Assembly: GCA_016281605.1 (NCBI GenBank)
Contig: JAEEJA010000037.1
Location: 985-64,984 of the forward strand
Length of the DNA stretch: 64,000 nt
DNA from: Lachnospiraceae bacterium
GTDB taxonomy: Bacteria; Bacillota; Clostridia; Lachnospirales; Lachnospiraceae
Direction: 5' to 3'
Shown: positions 34,984 through 44,130 of the stretch, in pieces
How positions within the stretch are numbered: position 1 is the stretch's first letter
Layout of the letters: each line of letters starts with the position of its first letter
Notes under the pieces: model-generated
Database searches by the model: none
What the model was told of the DNA's origin: nothing
Seen by the model: only the letters and a program-made list of their open reading frames with translations
Position numbers and translations under genes: made by a program

Positions 34984-36210
34984 ATGAATAATGAAATATA
35001 TCTTGATAACGCTGCTACAACGAGAACCTGTAAGGCGGCGGCTGATAAGGTTTATCAGATAATGACAGAGGATTTTGGAAATCCCTCATCCAAACATATG
35101 AAGGGAATCCATGAAGAAAAGCTTATCAATGAAGCAAGAAGCGTGATTGCGGATGCTCTTAAGTGTAAACCGGCTGAAATTATCTTTACATCCGGTGGAA
35201 CAGAGTCTAACAATCAGGCGATAATCTCAACTGCAAGACTTTGCAAAAAGAATGGAAATCATGTAATAACTTCCCGTACAGAGCACTCCTCTGTACTTAA
35301 GCCCTTTGAGGTGCTTGAAAAGGAAGGCTTTGACGTGACCTATCTTAAGGTGGACAGCTTTGGAAGAGTGGATGCAGAGGAAGTAAGAAAAGCAATTACA
35401 GATGAGACTTCACTGGTAAGTATCATGCATGTTAATAATGAAATTGGTTCTGTTAACGATATTAAGTCAATTTCTGATGTTTTAACACAGATAAATGCGA
35501 ACAGGCCTAAAAACAAAAGAATATACTTTCACACCGATGCAGTTCAGGGCTTTGGAAAATTAATGTATAATCTAAAAAGCATGAAGGTTGATATGCTCAG
35601 TGTTTCCGGTCATAAGATACACGGTCCGAAGGGAATAGGTTTTCTTTATGTAAGAGAGGGTACAAAGACAGGACCTTTTATGTATGGCGGCGGACAGGAG
35701 AAGAATATGCGCTCCGGAACTCACAATGTTCCGGGGATATGCGGACTCTCAGAGGCTGTAAAGTATATTCACGAGGATCATGAAAGCTTTACAGAGAGTC
35801 TTTACGGATTTAAAAAATTACTTATAGAAGAATTATTAAAAATAGAGGATGTATATATCAATGGTGTCCCGAATAGTGGACAGGGTGACGCGGGTGTGTG
35901 TACTGTAACAGAAGATGATATACGAAAAAGTGCACCCCATGTTGTAAGCGCTTCATTTAAATCCATAAGAAGCGAAGTACTTTTAAATGCTCTTTCAGAT
36001 AAGGGAATATACGTTTCTTCCGGTTCTGCCTGCTCATCCAATCGACCTGAGTTAAGCGGTACACTGCAGGCAATAGGAGTTGAAAAAGCGCTGCTTGATT
36101 CGACTCTTAGATTTAGTTTCTCAAAGGAAACCTGCGAAGAGGATATAAGAGAGCTCATAAAAGCACTCCATGACCTTCTTCCGGTATTAAGGCAATTTAC
36201 GGTACACTAG
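34984..36210 (+). CDS. Cysteine desulfurase (NifS/IscS class)
   Basis: YLDNAATT, SGGTESNN, PLP-lysine motif SGHKIHGPKGIG, active-site SSGSACSS. Directly upstream of thiI. Confidence 0.9.
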   Translation: MNNEIYLDNAATTRTCKAAADKVYQIMTEDFGNPSSKHMKGIHEEKLINEARSVIADALKCKPAEIIFTSGGTESNNQAIISTARLCKKNGNHVITSRTEHSSVLKPFEVLEKEGFDVTYLKVDSFGRVDAEEVRKAITDETSLVSIMHVNNEIGSVNDIKSISDVLTQINANRPKNKRIYFHTDAVQGFGKLMYNLKSMKVDMLSVSGHKIHGPKGIGFLYVREGTKTGPFMYGGGQEKNMRSGTHNVPGICGLSEAVKYIHEDHESFTESLYGFKKLLIEELLKIEDVYINGVPNSGQGDAGVCTVTEDDIRKSAPHVVSASFKSIRSEVLLNALSDKGIYVSSGSACSSNRPELSGTLQAIGVEKALLDSTLRFSFSKETCEEDIRELIKALHDLLPVLRQFTVH

Positions 36211-36310
36211 AAGTGTATGAGTACATATACTCTTGGTTAACTAAAAAAAGAATATAACCGCTTTACTGGATTTATATCAAAAAAATTCAAAAAACTAAAG
36301 GAGAAAAAAC

Positions 36311-37504
36311 ATGTTTCAGGCTTATTTACTTAAGTATGCTGAAATAGGCATAAAAGGAAAAAACAGATACAAATTTGAGAATGCTCTTTGTGGTCAGATA
36401 GAAAAGAGACTTAATCATATAGACGGAAAATATAAGGTTATTAATGAAAGAGGCAGAATATACGTAGAGGCTTCAGAGGACTTTGACAGGGATGAAACTG
36501 TGGAAGTTATGAAAAATACATTCGGTGTAACCCAGGTTTGTGAGGTTAAGGTTATAGAAGATAAAGAGTGGAACAATGTCTGCGAAGAGACAGCAAAAGC
36601 TCTTATAGAAATGTATGGAGAAAATAATCTCAACTTTACTTTTAAGGTTAAGTCCAGAAGAAGTGATAAAAGGTATGCTATGACATCTCCTGAGGTATGT
36701 ATGGAGATGGGACATTTCCTTCTTGAAAGATTTCCTGATTTAAAGGTAGATGTGCATGAACCCAAAGAGATAATATGGGTTGAGATAAGAGATAAGGTTT
36801 ATGTTTATTCTAAGATTATAAAGGGTGTAGGTGGTATGCCTCTTGGAACTAACGGAAAGGCTATGCTCCTTTTATCAGGTGGTATAGACAGCCCTGTAGC
36901 AGGTTACATGATTGCAAGGCGTGGTATGCTTATAGATGCGGTTTACTTTCATGCACCGCCTTATACCAGTGAAAGAGCAAAAGAAAAAGTGGTTGACCTT
37001 GCACGTATAGTGAGTTCCTATACGGGACTTATAAATCTTCATATCATTAACTTTACAGATATACAGATGTACATATATCAGACCTGTCCACATGATGAGC
37101 TGACTATTATAATGCGTAGATATATGATGAAAATAGCAGAGAGGATTGCACTTGAAAATGATTGTCTCGCCCTTATAACAGGCGAGTCTATAGGACAGGT
37201 TGCGAGCCAGACTGCCCATAGTCTCCTTACAACCAATGATGCTGTAGAATCCCTTCCTGTTTACAGACCACTTATTGCATTTGATAAGCAGGATATAGTA
37301 GACATATCCCAGGAAATCGGAACATATGAAACTTCCATACTTCCTTTTGAGGATTGCTGTACTATATTTGTTGCAAAGCACCCTGTTACAAAACCGGGAT
37401 TAAAGTATATACAATCTTCAGAAAAGAAACTTGTGGATATAGATTCAATGGTGGAAAAAGCGCTGGAAACAAGAGAGATTGTGCATGTGACTCCGAAAAG
37501 ATAA
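36311..37504 (+). CDS. thiI: tRNA 4-thiouridine synthase
   Basis: THUMP-containing N-terminus and PP-loop LLLSGGIDSPVA. 397 aa. Confidence 0.9.
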   Translation: MFQAYLLKYAEIGIKGKNRYKFENALCGQIEKRLNHIDGKYKVINERGRIYVEASEDFDRDETVEVMKNTFGVTQVCEVKVIEDKEWNNVCEETAKALIEMYGENNLNFTFKVKSRRSDKRYAMTSPEVCMEMGHFLLERFPDLKVDVHEPKEIIWVEIRDKVYVYSKIIKGVGGMPLGTNGKAMLLLSGGIDSPVAGYMIARRGMLIDAVYFHAPPYTSERAKEKVVDLARIVSSYTGLINLHIINFTDIQMYIYQTCPHDELTIIMRRYMMKIAERIALENDCLALITGESIGQVASQTAHSLLTTNDAVESLPVYRPLIAFDKQDIVDISQEIGTYETSILPFEDCCTIFVAKHPVTKPGLKYIQSSEKKLVDIDSMVEKALETREIVHVTPKR

Positions 37505-37534
37505 GAAAAAAAGGTGCCCTAAAGGGCACCTTTT
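37505..37534. terminator. Bidirectional-looking rho-independent terminator
   Basis: aaaaaaa-aaggtgccc-taaa-gggcacctt-tt: a 9-bp GC-rich stem flanked by A and T runs. Confidence 0.85.
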
Positions 37535-37655
37535 GATTTATAAATCGTTAGTTAGAGTCACTTCTAACCTTCTAAATCATTATTAGAAAATGTATCAGTT
37601 GAAGCGCTTAAAGTAAAGCTCCAAAAGATACGGGTGAAATACGTTTAAGCTTTAA

Positions 37656-37889
37656 TTATTTAACGATATAAGCGTCAAGAGCTGAAACGATTTCCTCTGC
37701 AGCATCGTCATCATGTATGTTAAGATCGATTTCCTTAGAAAGATCAAGACTGAAGATACCCATGATAGACTTAGCGTCGATTACATATCTTCCTGATACA
37801 AGATCAAAATCTGAGTTGAACTTTGTTACATCATTAACGAATGCCTTTACCTTGTCAATTGTGTTAAGTGAAATTTTTACAGTTTTCAT
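37656..37889 (-). CDS. HPr-family protein lacking the His15 phosphorylation site (Crh-like)
   Basis: The true start is the internal ATG at 37889 (MKTVKISLN), preceded by GGAAGGGAAGG. It aligns with HPr. The GIHARPA site reads NTIDKVKA, while the Ser46 context KSIMG is retained. Confidence 0.7.
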   Translation of the reverse strand: MKTVKISLNTIDKVKAFVNDVTKFNSDFDLVSGRYVIDAKSIMGIFSLDLSKEIDLNIHDDDAAEEIVSALDAYIVK

Positions 37890-38162
37890 AATTACCTTCC
37901 CTTCCTCGTTCTCAAAAGAACGATAATAAAATAATTTAAGTAAACTCGTGAAAACTATTTTCTTGTTTTCACTGTACCATATCATAAATGTAAATCCAGA
38001 ATATGTCAATGTACAATCTTACCAAATTTTAAAATCAGTTAATGATTTAAGTGCAAAAAAATTACCAATACAAAGGTCATATTTTATGAAGGAATTGTGA
38101 AAAACATGGTAAATATGTACATATATGACAATAACATAAGAGCAAATCACGAGTAAACCGGT

Positions 38163-39527
38163 CTATTTGCCAAGTAGTACTCCGTCCGAAGTAACTCCTT
38201 CTACAGTGACAAGCATAAGATTATTCTCTGCTATATCAGGTGAATTGCTTTCAAGAGGGATACGGACTCTTACGTATCGCTCGGTATATCCCTCTATGTA
38301 ACGCATACCACCCAGCTCTACTGTATCTTCGGTTAACACACTCACCTTCTTACCTAAGAAGAGTGACTCATAGTTTGCCTTTAAGCGAGAGGTGATATCT
38401 ATAAGCTTATTACTTCTTTCGTGCTTAAGGCTTTCGTTAATCTGATTGGGATAAGAGTCTGCAACAGTTCCGCTTCTCCTTGAATACTTAAAGACATGTA
38501 TATCTGAAAAACCGATTTTTGCTGCATAATCACAGGTTGTTTCAAATTCCTCATCTGTTTCACCTGCAAAGCCTACTATAATATCAGTAGTTATGGCAGG
38601 TGCGTCAAAGCATCTTCTCAGGATATCTACACTCTCTGCATACTCATGGGTTGTGTAGTGCCTGTTCATACGTTTAAGAGTAGTATCGCAGCCGCTCTGT
38701 AGGGATAGATGAAAATGTGGACAAAATCCCTTGATTTCCGAAAGACCCTTGGCAAACTCTTCAGTTATTATACGAGGTTCGATAGAACCAAGTCGGATTC
38801 GCTCTATACCATCTATCTTCGACACATTTTCCAAAAGAGAAATAAGGGGAGCACCCTTTGATTCGGTAAATGCATTGGCTGTGATTTTGCTGCGGTTTTC
38901 TTCTTCCACATTAAAATCCACTCCGTAGGATGAGAGATGGATACCTGTAATAACGATTTCCTTATAGCCCTCCTTTGCAAGGCTTTCAATCTCCTCACAT
39001 ACATCTTCCGGGTTACGACTTCTCAAAACTCCTCTTACATAAGGAATTATGCAGTATGAGCAGTACTGGTTACAGCCGTCCTGAATTTTTATATAGGCTC
39101 TGGTGCGCTTTTGTACGCCTTTTGTTGTACTTGTCTCATCATAGCCTGTTTCAGAATTGATTATCTGCTTATCCATATAGTAAGAAGAAAGTATCTTAAC
39201 TATCTCAGGTTTTAAATCGTTGGTTATGCATATATCCACACCCTCTGCTCTTACCTTTTCTTCGGTTGCCGAATTAACATAGCATCCACAGGCTACAATT
39301 ATAGAGTCCGGATTTTTCTTGCGCGCACGGTGAAGCATCTGACGTGATTTTCTGTCAGCAATATTTGTAACGGTGCAGGTATTTATAATATATATATCAG
39401 CCTTTTCATCTACAGAAACTATCTGAGCACCGGCGGCCTTAAAAGCATCCTCCATTTTTGAGGTTTCGTAGTAATTTACTTTACAGCCCAGAGTTAAAAA
39501 TGCAACTCTTAGATTTTGTATATTCAT
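38163..39527 (-). CDS. mtaB: tRNA (t6A37) methylthiotransferase, MtaB/YqeV type radical-SAM enzyme
   Basis: LGCKVNYYET N-terminal cluster, radical-SAM CNQYCSYCIIP, C-terminal TRAM-like region. 454 aa. Confidence 0.8.
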   Translation of the reverse strand: MNIQNLRVAFLTLGCKVNYYETSKMEDAFKAAGAQIVSVDEKADIYIINTCTVTNIADRKSRQMLHRARKKNPDSIIVACGCYVNSATEEKVRAEGVDICITNDLKPEIVKILSSYYMDKQIINSETGYDETSTTKGVQKRTRAYIKIQDGCNQYCSYCIIPYVRGVLRSRNPEDVCEEIESLAKEGYKEIVITGIHLSSYGVDFNVEEENRSKITANAFTESKGAPLISLLENVSKIDGIERIRLGSIEPRIITEEFAKGLSEIKGFCPHFHLSLQSGCDTTLKRMNRHYTTHEYAESVDILRRCFDAPAITTDIIVGFAGETDEEFETTCDYAAKIGFSDIHVFKYSRRSGTVADSYPNQINESLKHERSNKLIDITSRLKANYESLFLGKKVSVLTEDTVELGGMRYIEGYTERYVRVRIPLESNSPDIAENNLMLVTVEGVTSDGVLLGK

Positions 39528-39571
39528 GATTATCTCCCAGGGATTTATCTAATTTAATTTGCAAGCGAGTC

Positions 39572-39599
39572 TTGACTTCTGACCGGGTAACATTATAAC
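39572..39599 (+). promoter_or_regulatory. Candidate sigma-A promoter in the mtaB/parE divergent region
   Basis: -35 TTGACT (39572-39577, part of the AGCGAGTCTTGAC word), 16-nt spacer, -10 TATAAC (39594-39599). Confidence 0.4.
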
Positions 39600-39769
39600 T
39601 TTTATGCTGACCTAAATCAAATGATTTTTACTTGCAAAAACTATCTCTTTAAATTATCATATTAGATTAGGGCGTTAAGCTCATGACTGCAAGAGTTGCT
39701 TCGCAACTCTACAAAAGCTCCGCGAGCGAGTCTTGATATAAATGTTTAAAAACTAGGAGATTTATATAT

Positions 39770-41785
39770 ATGCCAAAGGATAATTATAATGGTGAACAGA
39801 TTATAGTACTTGAGGGACTCGATCCGGTCAGAAAGCGTCCGGGTATGTACATAGGGTCTACGGGCTCGAGAGGTCTGCACCATCTTATCTGGGAAATATT
39901 GGATAATGCTATAGATGAGCATCTGGCAGGATTTTGTACTAAGATACAGGTGACACTTAAGGCAGACAGAGGTATAACCATATCCGATAACGGACGCGGA
40001 GTACCGGTAGATATTCATCCTCAGAAAAAAATACCTACAGAAAGAGTGGTTTACACGGTTCTTCACGCAGGTGGAAAGTTTGATAACTCTGTATATAAGG
40101 TGTCCGGTGGACTTCATGGTGTAGGTTCGTCGGTTGTAAATGCACTATCTACAAAGATGATAGTCAGGATAAAGAGAGATGGTAAGGTGTATGAGGATGT
40201 ATTTGAGCATGGCGGACATCCGGTAACAAAGCTTGTTAAAGGACAGCTTCCGGCTATTGACACCTGTGCCAAGAAAAATACAGGAACCAGCGTAACATTT
40301 TACCCTGATCCTGAAATCATGGAAACAACTCACTTTAAGGCAGATATCATACGCAAAAAACTTCGTGAAACAGCTTACTTAAATAAGGGACTAGAGCTCG
40401 AGTTTATAGACGAAGTTCATGGTGAGAATTACACATTTAAGGAAGACCTTGGTATAAAGAGCTACATCGAGTACATAAACAGGGATGTGACCAAATTACA
40501 GCAGGAAGCTTGCTATATAGAGGGAAGCAGCTCCGATATAGAGGTTGAGGTGGCTTTCCAGTACATAAGTGATTATACAGAGCAGATTAACTCATACTGT
40601 AACTGCATCAATGTAGTTGACGGAGGAACCTTAGTGACGGGCTTTAAGACCGCACTTACAAGGGTCATGAATCAGTATGCAAGAGAGCTTGGTTTCCTTA
40701 AGGAAAAAGATGATAATTTTGATGGTAAGGATGTAAGAAATGGTTTGACGGCCATAATTTCCATAAAGCATCCGGATCCTCAGTTCGAGGGACAGACTAA
40801 GACAAAGCTTGGAAATACCGATGCTCGTGTTGCTGTGGAGGAAGTATTTTCAAACGAAGTACAGAAGTACTTTGATAAAAATGTAGAGATTCTTCGTACA
40901 ATACTTGAAAATGTACAGAAGTCCTCTAATGCACGAAAAGCTTCTGATAAGGCAAGAAATGCAGTCTTAAATCAGCTTAAGGACTTTGATACCAGATCTA
41001 AGTTAGCAGCCTGCTCATCCAAAAAAGCTGAGGAGTGCGAGGTTTACATAGTCGAGGGTGATTCTGCGGGCGGTACTGTTAAAACAGCGAGAAACAGGCG
41101 TACACAAGCGGTTCTTCCTCTTAGAGGAAAGATATTAAATGTCGAAAAGGCACCTTTGGAAAAGATACTTGCCAACAACGAAATCCGCTCCATGATAGCT
41201 TCATTTGGTTGTGGAATAGGAGACGACTTTGATATAAGTAAGCTTAGATACGATAAGATAATTATCTTAACCGATGCAGACGTAGACGGAGCTCATATCA
41301 GTACACTGCTTCTTACATTTTTCTATAGATTTATGCCTGAGCTAATAACAGAAGGCAAGGTTTACAGAGGTATACCACCACTTTACAAGGTTGAGTATAC
41401 TGTCAATAAAGCTGTAAAGGAATCTGAAAACAGCGAGGATTTCTGGGGCTTTACATCTAATTACGGAGAAAAAGAAGAAGAGAATAAAAAAGGAAAACAA
41501 AAGAAGCTTTCCAGATATCTTTTAAATGATTTTGAGTTGGAAAAATTCCGTAAAAATCCTAAATATAAGATTACAGGACTACAGCGATACAAGGGTCTCG
41601 GAGAAATGGATGCAAATCAGCTTTGGGAGACAACTCTGGATCCCGAAAAGAGAGTATTGGCGCAGATTTCTATCAGTGATTCCGTAGAGGCAGATGAAAT
41701 AACTACCATGCTTATGAGTACCAATGTGCCGCCGAGAAGAGAGTTTATCATGCAGGAAGCTCAGTATGCTACTGTAGATCTGTAA
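39770..41785 (+). CDS. parE: Type IIA DNA topoisomerase subunit B (topo IV ParE-like / GyrB paralogue)
   Basis: GHKL ATPase LEGLDPVRKRPGMYIGST, Toprim EVYIVEGDSAGG, DADVDGAHI, RYKGLGEM. An extra segment of about 30 aa lies between PPLYKV and RYKGLGEM. Confidence 0.8.
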   Translation: MPKDNYNGEQIIVLEGLDPVRKRPGMYIGSTGSRGLHHLIWEILDNAIDEHLAGFCTKIQVTLKADRGITISDNGRGVPVDIHPQKKIPTERVVYTVLHAGGKFDNSVYKVSGGLHGVGSSVVNALSTKMIVRIKRDGKVYEDVFEHGGHPVTKLVKGQLPAIDTCAKKNTGTSVTFYPDPEIMETTHFKADIIRKKLRETAYLNKGLELEFIDEVHGENYTFKEDLGIKSYIEYINRDVTKLQQEACYIEGSSSDIEVEVAFQYISDYTEQINSYCNCINVVDGGTLVTGFKTALTRVMNQYARELGFLKEKDDNFDGKDVRNGLTAIISIKHPDPQFEGQTKTKLGNTDARVAVEEVFSNEVQKYFDKNVEILRTILENVQKSSNARKASDKARNAVLNQLKDFDTRSKLAACSSKKAEECEVYIVEGDSAGGTVKTARNRRTQAVLPLRGKILNVEKAPLEKILANNEIRSMIASFGCGIGDDFDISKLRYDKIIILTDADVDGAHISTLLLTFFYRFMPELITEGKVYRGIPPLYKVEYTVNKAVKESENSEDFWGFTSNYGEKEEENKKGKQKKLSRYLLNDFELEKFRKNPKYKITGLQRYKGLGEMDANQLWETTLDPEKRVLAQISISDSVEADEITTMLMSTNVPPRREFIMQEAQYATVDL

Positions 41786-41827
41786 AAGATCTGTAAAAAA
41801 GCTGGAAAGAAAGATTGGAGATTATAA

Positions 41828-44071
41828 ATGAGTAACGAAAGTTCAATCATAGAGTATGATTTTTCGGAAGAGATGAAGAACTCTTACAGAGATTATGCGG
41901 TAAGTGTAATCATAGCTCGTGCTCTTCCGGATATCAGAGACGGACTTAAACCTGTTCAAAGAAGAGTGCTTTACGCCATGCAGGAGCTTTCACTCTATCC
42001 GGACAGACCACACAGAAAGAGTGCACGTATAGTTGGAGATACCATGGGTAAGTATCATCCCCACGGTGATAGTTCCATCTACGAAGCACTGGTACATATG
42101 AGTGAGGATTTTTCACTCTCTTTACCACTTATAGACGGACATGGAAACTTCGGTTCCATAGACGGAGACAGTGCTGCAGCCATGCGTTATACAGAAGCAA
42201 GGCTTTCTACAGCGGCCATGACTCTCTTAGAAAATCTGGATATGGGTCTTGTGGACTTTGCTCCAAACTTCGATGAAAGCGAGCAGGAGCCCCTGGTGCT
42301 TCCTGCTACAATTCCAAATCTCCTTATTAACGGAACTACAGGTATTGCAGTAGGTATGGCAACCAATATTCCACCACACAATCCTGTAGAGGTTATAGAC
42401 GGAACCATAGCTTACATGGATAATCCTGACATATCCACTGAAGAGCTTATGAATTACATAAAGGGGCCTGATTTTCCTACAGGTGGAATCGTCGTAAATG
42501 CAGATGCTCTTAAGGATATATACGAAACCGGTGAAGGAAAGATAAGAGTCAGAGCAAAGTATGATATAGAGTCTTCCGATGCAGGAAGAAAAAATATAGT
42601 TATAACAGAGATTCCTTATACATCTTCAGGTAGGAAGGGAAAGCTCTTAGAGCAGCTTTCCGGACTTATGAGAGATAAGGTTTTTGATGAAATATATGAT
42701 GTAAGGGATGAGTCTTCTAAAGAAGGTATCCGTATGGTAATAGAGGTTAAGAAGGGAAGAGATATAGATAACCTTCTTAATGGCCTTTTCAAGAAGACCG
42801 GTTTAGAGGATACCTATGGTGTCAACATGCTTGCGGTTAAGGATAAGCAGCCCGGCACATTTTCCTTAAAGGCTATGCTTGCAGAGTTTGTAAGCTTCCA
42901 GGAGGAAATATATGCAAAAAAGTATAAGTATCTGCTAGAAAAGGCTGAGAGAAGACATGAAGTGGTTGAAGGACTTATAAAGGCTGTAGATATTATCGAC
43001 CTGATAATTGAAATCCTGAGAGGAAGCAAGAGTGTAGCCCAGGCTAAGGCGTGCCTTACAGAGGGAGATGTAAGCGATATTGCATTTAAGTCTCTTGAGT
43101 CCTCCATACAGGCCAGATCCCTGCACTTTACCGAGCTGCAGGCAGATGCGATTCTTTCTATGCAATTAAGTCGTCTGATAGGCTTAGAGATTTTAAAGCT
43201 TCATGAGGAAAATGATACGCTTCTTAAAAATATCGCAGAGTATAACCTTATACTCAGCAGTAAGAGAGCGCTTCACAAGACCATAAAGCTTGCTCTTAAG
43301 GCTTATAAGAGACAGTTTAAGGTAGACAGAAAGACAGAGCTTGATAATCTTACACAGAGCGATTATGTTGAAAAGGTAGTAGAGGAAGATATTTACGTAC
43401 TTATCGACCGTTTTGGTTATGCTAAGTCCATAGATTCCAATGCTTACTCAAAGGCAGATGATAGTGTGCTTTCGGAATTCAGAAATATAATTCTCATGAA
43501 AAATACCGATTCGCTTTGTCTTTTCACAACTGATGCAAATATGTATAAAATCAAAGCATCTGCATTTCCGAAGGGAAGAGTGAAGGATAAGGGAGTGCTC
43601 ATGCATTCTTTATGTAAGATAGGAAATGAAGAGGTAATTCTTTACATACCATTTGAAGAGCTTTTTGAATCACAGCTTGTGTTCGTTACCAGGAACGGTT
43701 ACGTAAAGAGGGTTTCGGGTATAGAGTTTGAGAGCTCCAGAAACCAGATCAATACGTCAAAGCTTGAGGATGACGACAGCATAGTTTACATAAAGGCTCT
43801 CAGCACAGAGGATGTTCTCGCTGATAATAAAAAAGTTGTATTTTTAACCAATAAGAATTATACTTTATCTTATCCTGTTTCACAGATAAATGAATATAAG
43901 AAGACCAGTCGTGGAGTGACGGGTATAAAGCTTGAAAAAGGTGATTATCTGAGGCTTGCCTTTCTGGTAGGACCGGATGATAAGTCTGTCAGTGTTGACA
44001 GCAAGGAAATCAATGTATCCAGGTTCAAGGAAGGAAAGAGAGCTGACAAGGGTAAGAAGATACGAATTTGA
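41828..44071 (+). CDS. parC: Type IIA DNA topoisomerase subunit A (topo IV ParC-like)
   Basis: Catalytic-Tyr motif [10 protein letters not shown] and HPHGD. The short 747-aa form has no recognisable GyrA-box (QRRGGKG), which favours ParC. Confidence 0.75.
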   Translation: MSNESSIIEYDFSEEMKNSYRDYAVSVIIARALPDIRDGLKPVQRRVLYAMQELSLYPDRPHRKSARIVGDTMGKYHPHGDSSIYEALVHMSEDFSLSLPLIDGHGNFGSIDGDSAAAMRYTEARLSTAAMTLLENLDMGLVDFAPNFDESEQEPLVLPATIPNLLINGTTGIAVGMATNIPPHNPVEVIDGTIAYMDNPDISTEELMNYIKGPDFPTGGIVVNADALKDIYETGEGKIRVRAKYDIESSDAGRKNIVITEIPYTSSGRKGKLLEQLSGLMRDKVFDEIYDVRDESSKEGIRMVIEVKKGRDIDNLLNGLFKKTGLEDTYGVNMLAVKDKQPGTFSLKAMLAEFVSFQEEIYAKKYKYLLEKAERRHEVVEGLIKAVDIIDLIIEILRGSKSVAQAKACLTEGDVSDIAFKSLESSIQARSLHFTELQADAILSMQLSRLIGLEILKLHEENDTLLKNIAEYNLILSSKRALHKTIKLALKAYKRQFKVDRKTELDNLTQSDYVEKVVEEDIYVLIDRFGYAKSIDSNAYSKADDSVLSEFRNIILMKNTDSLCLFTTDANMYKIKASAFPKGRVKDKGVLMHSLCKIGNEEVILYIPFEELFESQLVFVTRNGYVKRVSGIEFESSRNQINTSKLEDDDSIVYIKALSTEDVLADNKKVVFLTNKNYTLSYPVSQINEYKKTSRGVTGIKLEKGDYLRLAFLVGPDDKSVSVDSKEINVSRFKEGKRADKGKKIRI

Positions 44072-44130
44072 TAAAAGGTTTTATATAAATAACAAAAACT
44101 ACTAAAAACTACAAAAGAATGGAGACAATT

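Noticed and set aside
33615-37381. Antisense ORFs inside GH13, the cysteine desulfurase gene and thiI (154, 118, 116 and 168 aa)
   Set aside because: They are fully nested opposite well-supported conserved genes. They have unusual composition (Cys/Ile/Leu-rich) and no RBS.
39770-44071. Calling the topoisomerase pair gyrB/gyrA
   Set aside because: The A subunit is short (747 aa) and I could not find a GyrA-box. There is no dnaA/dnaN/recF context. ParE/ParC-like is more likely, but it is not proven without phylogeny.
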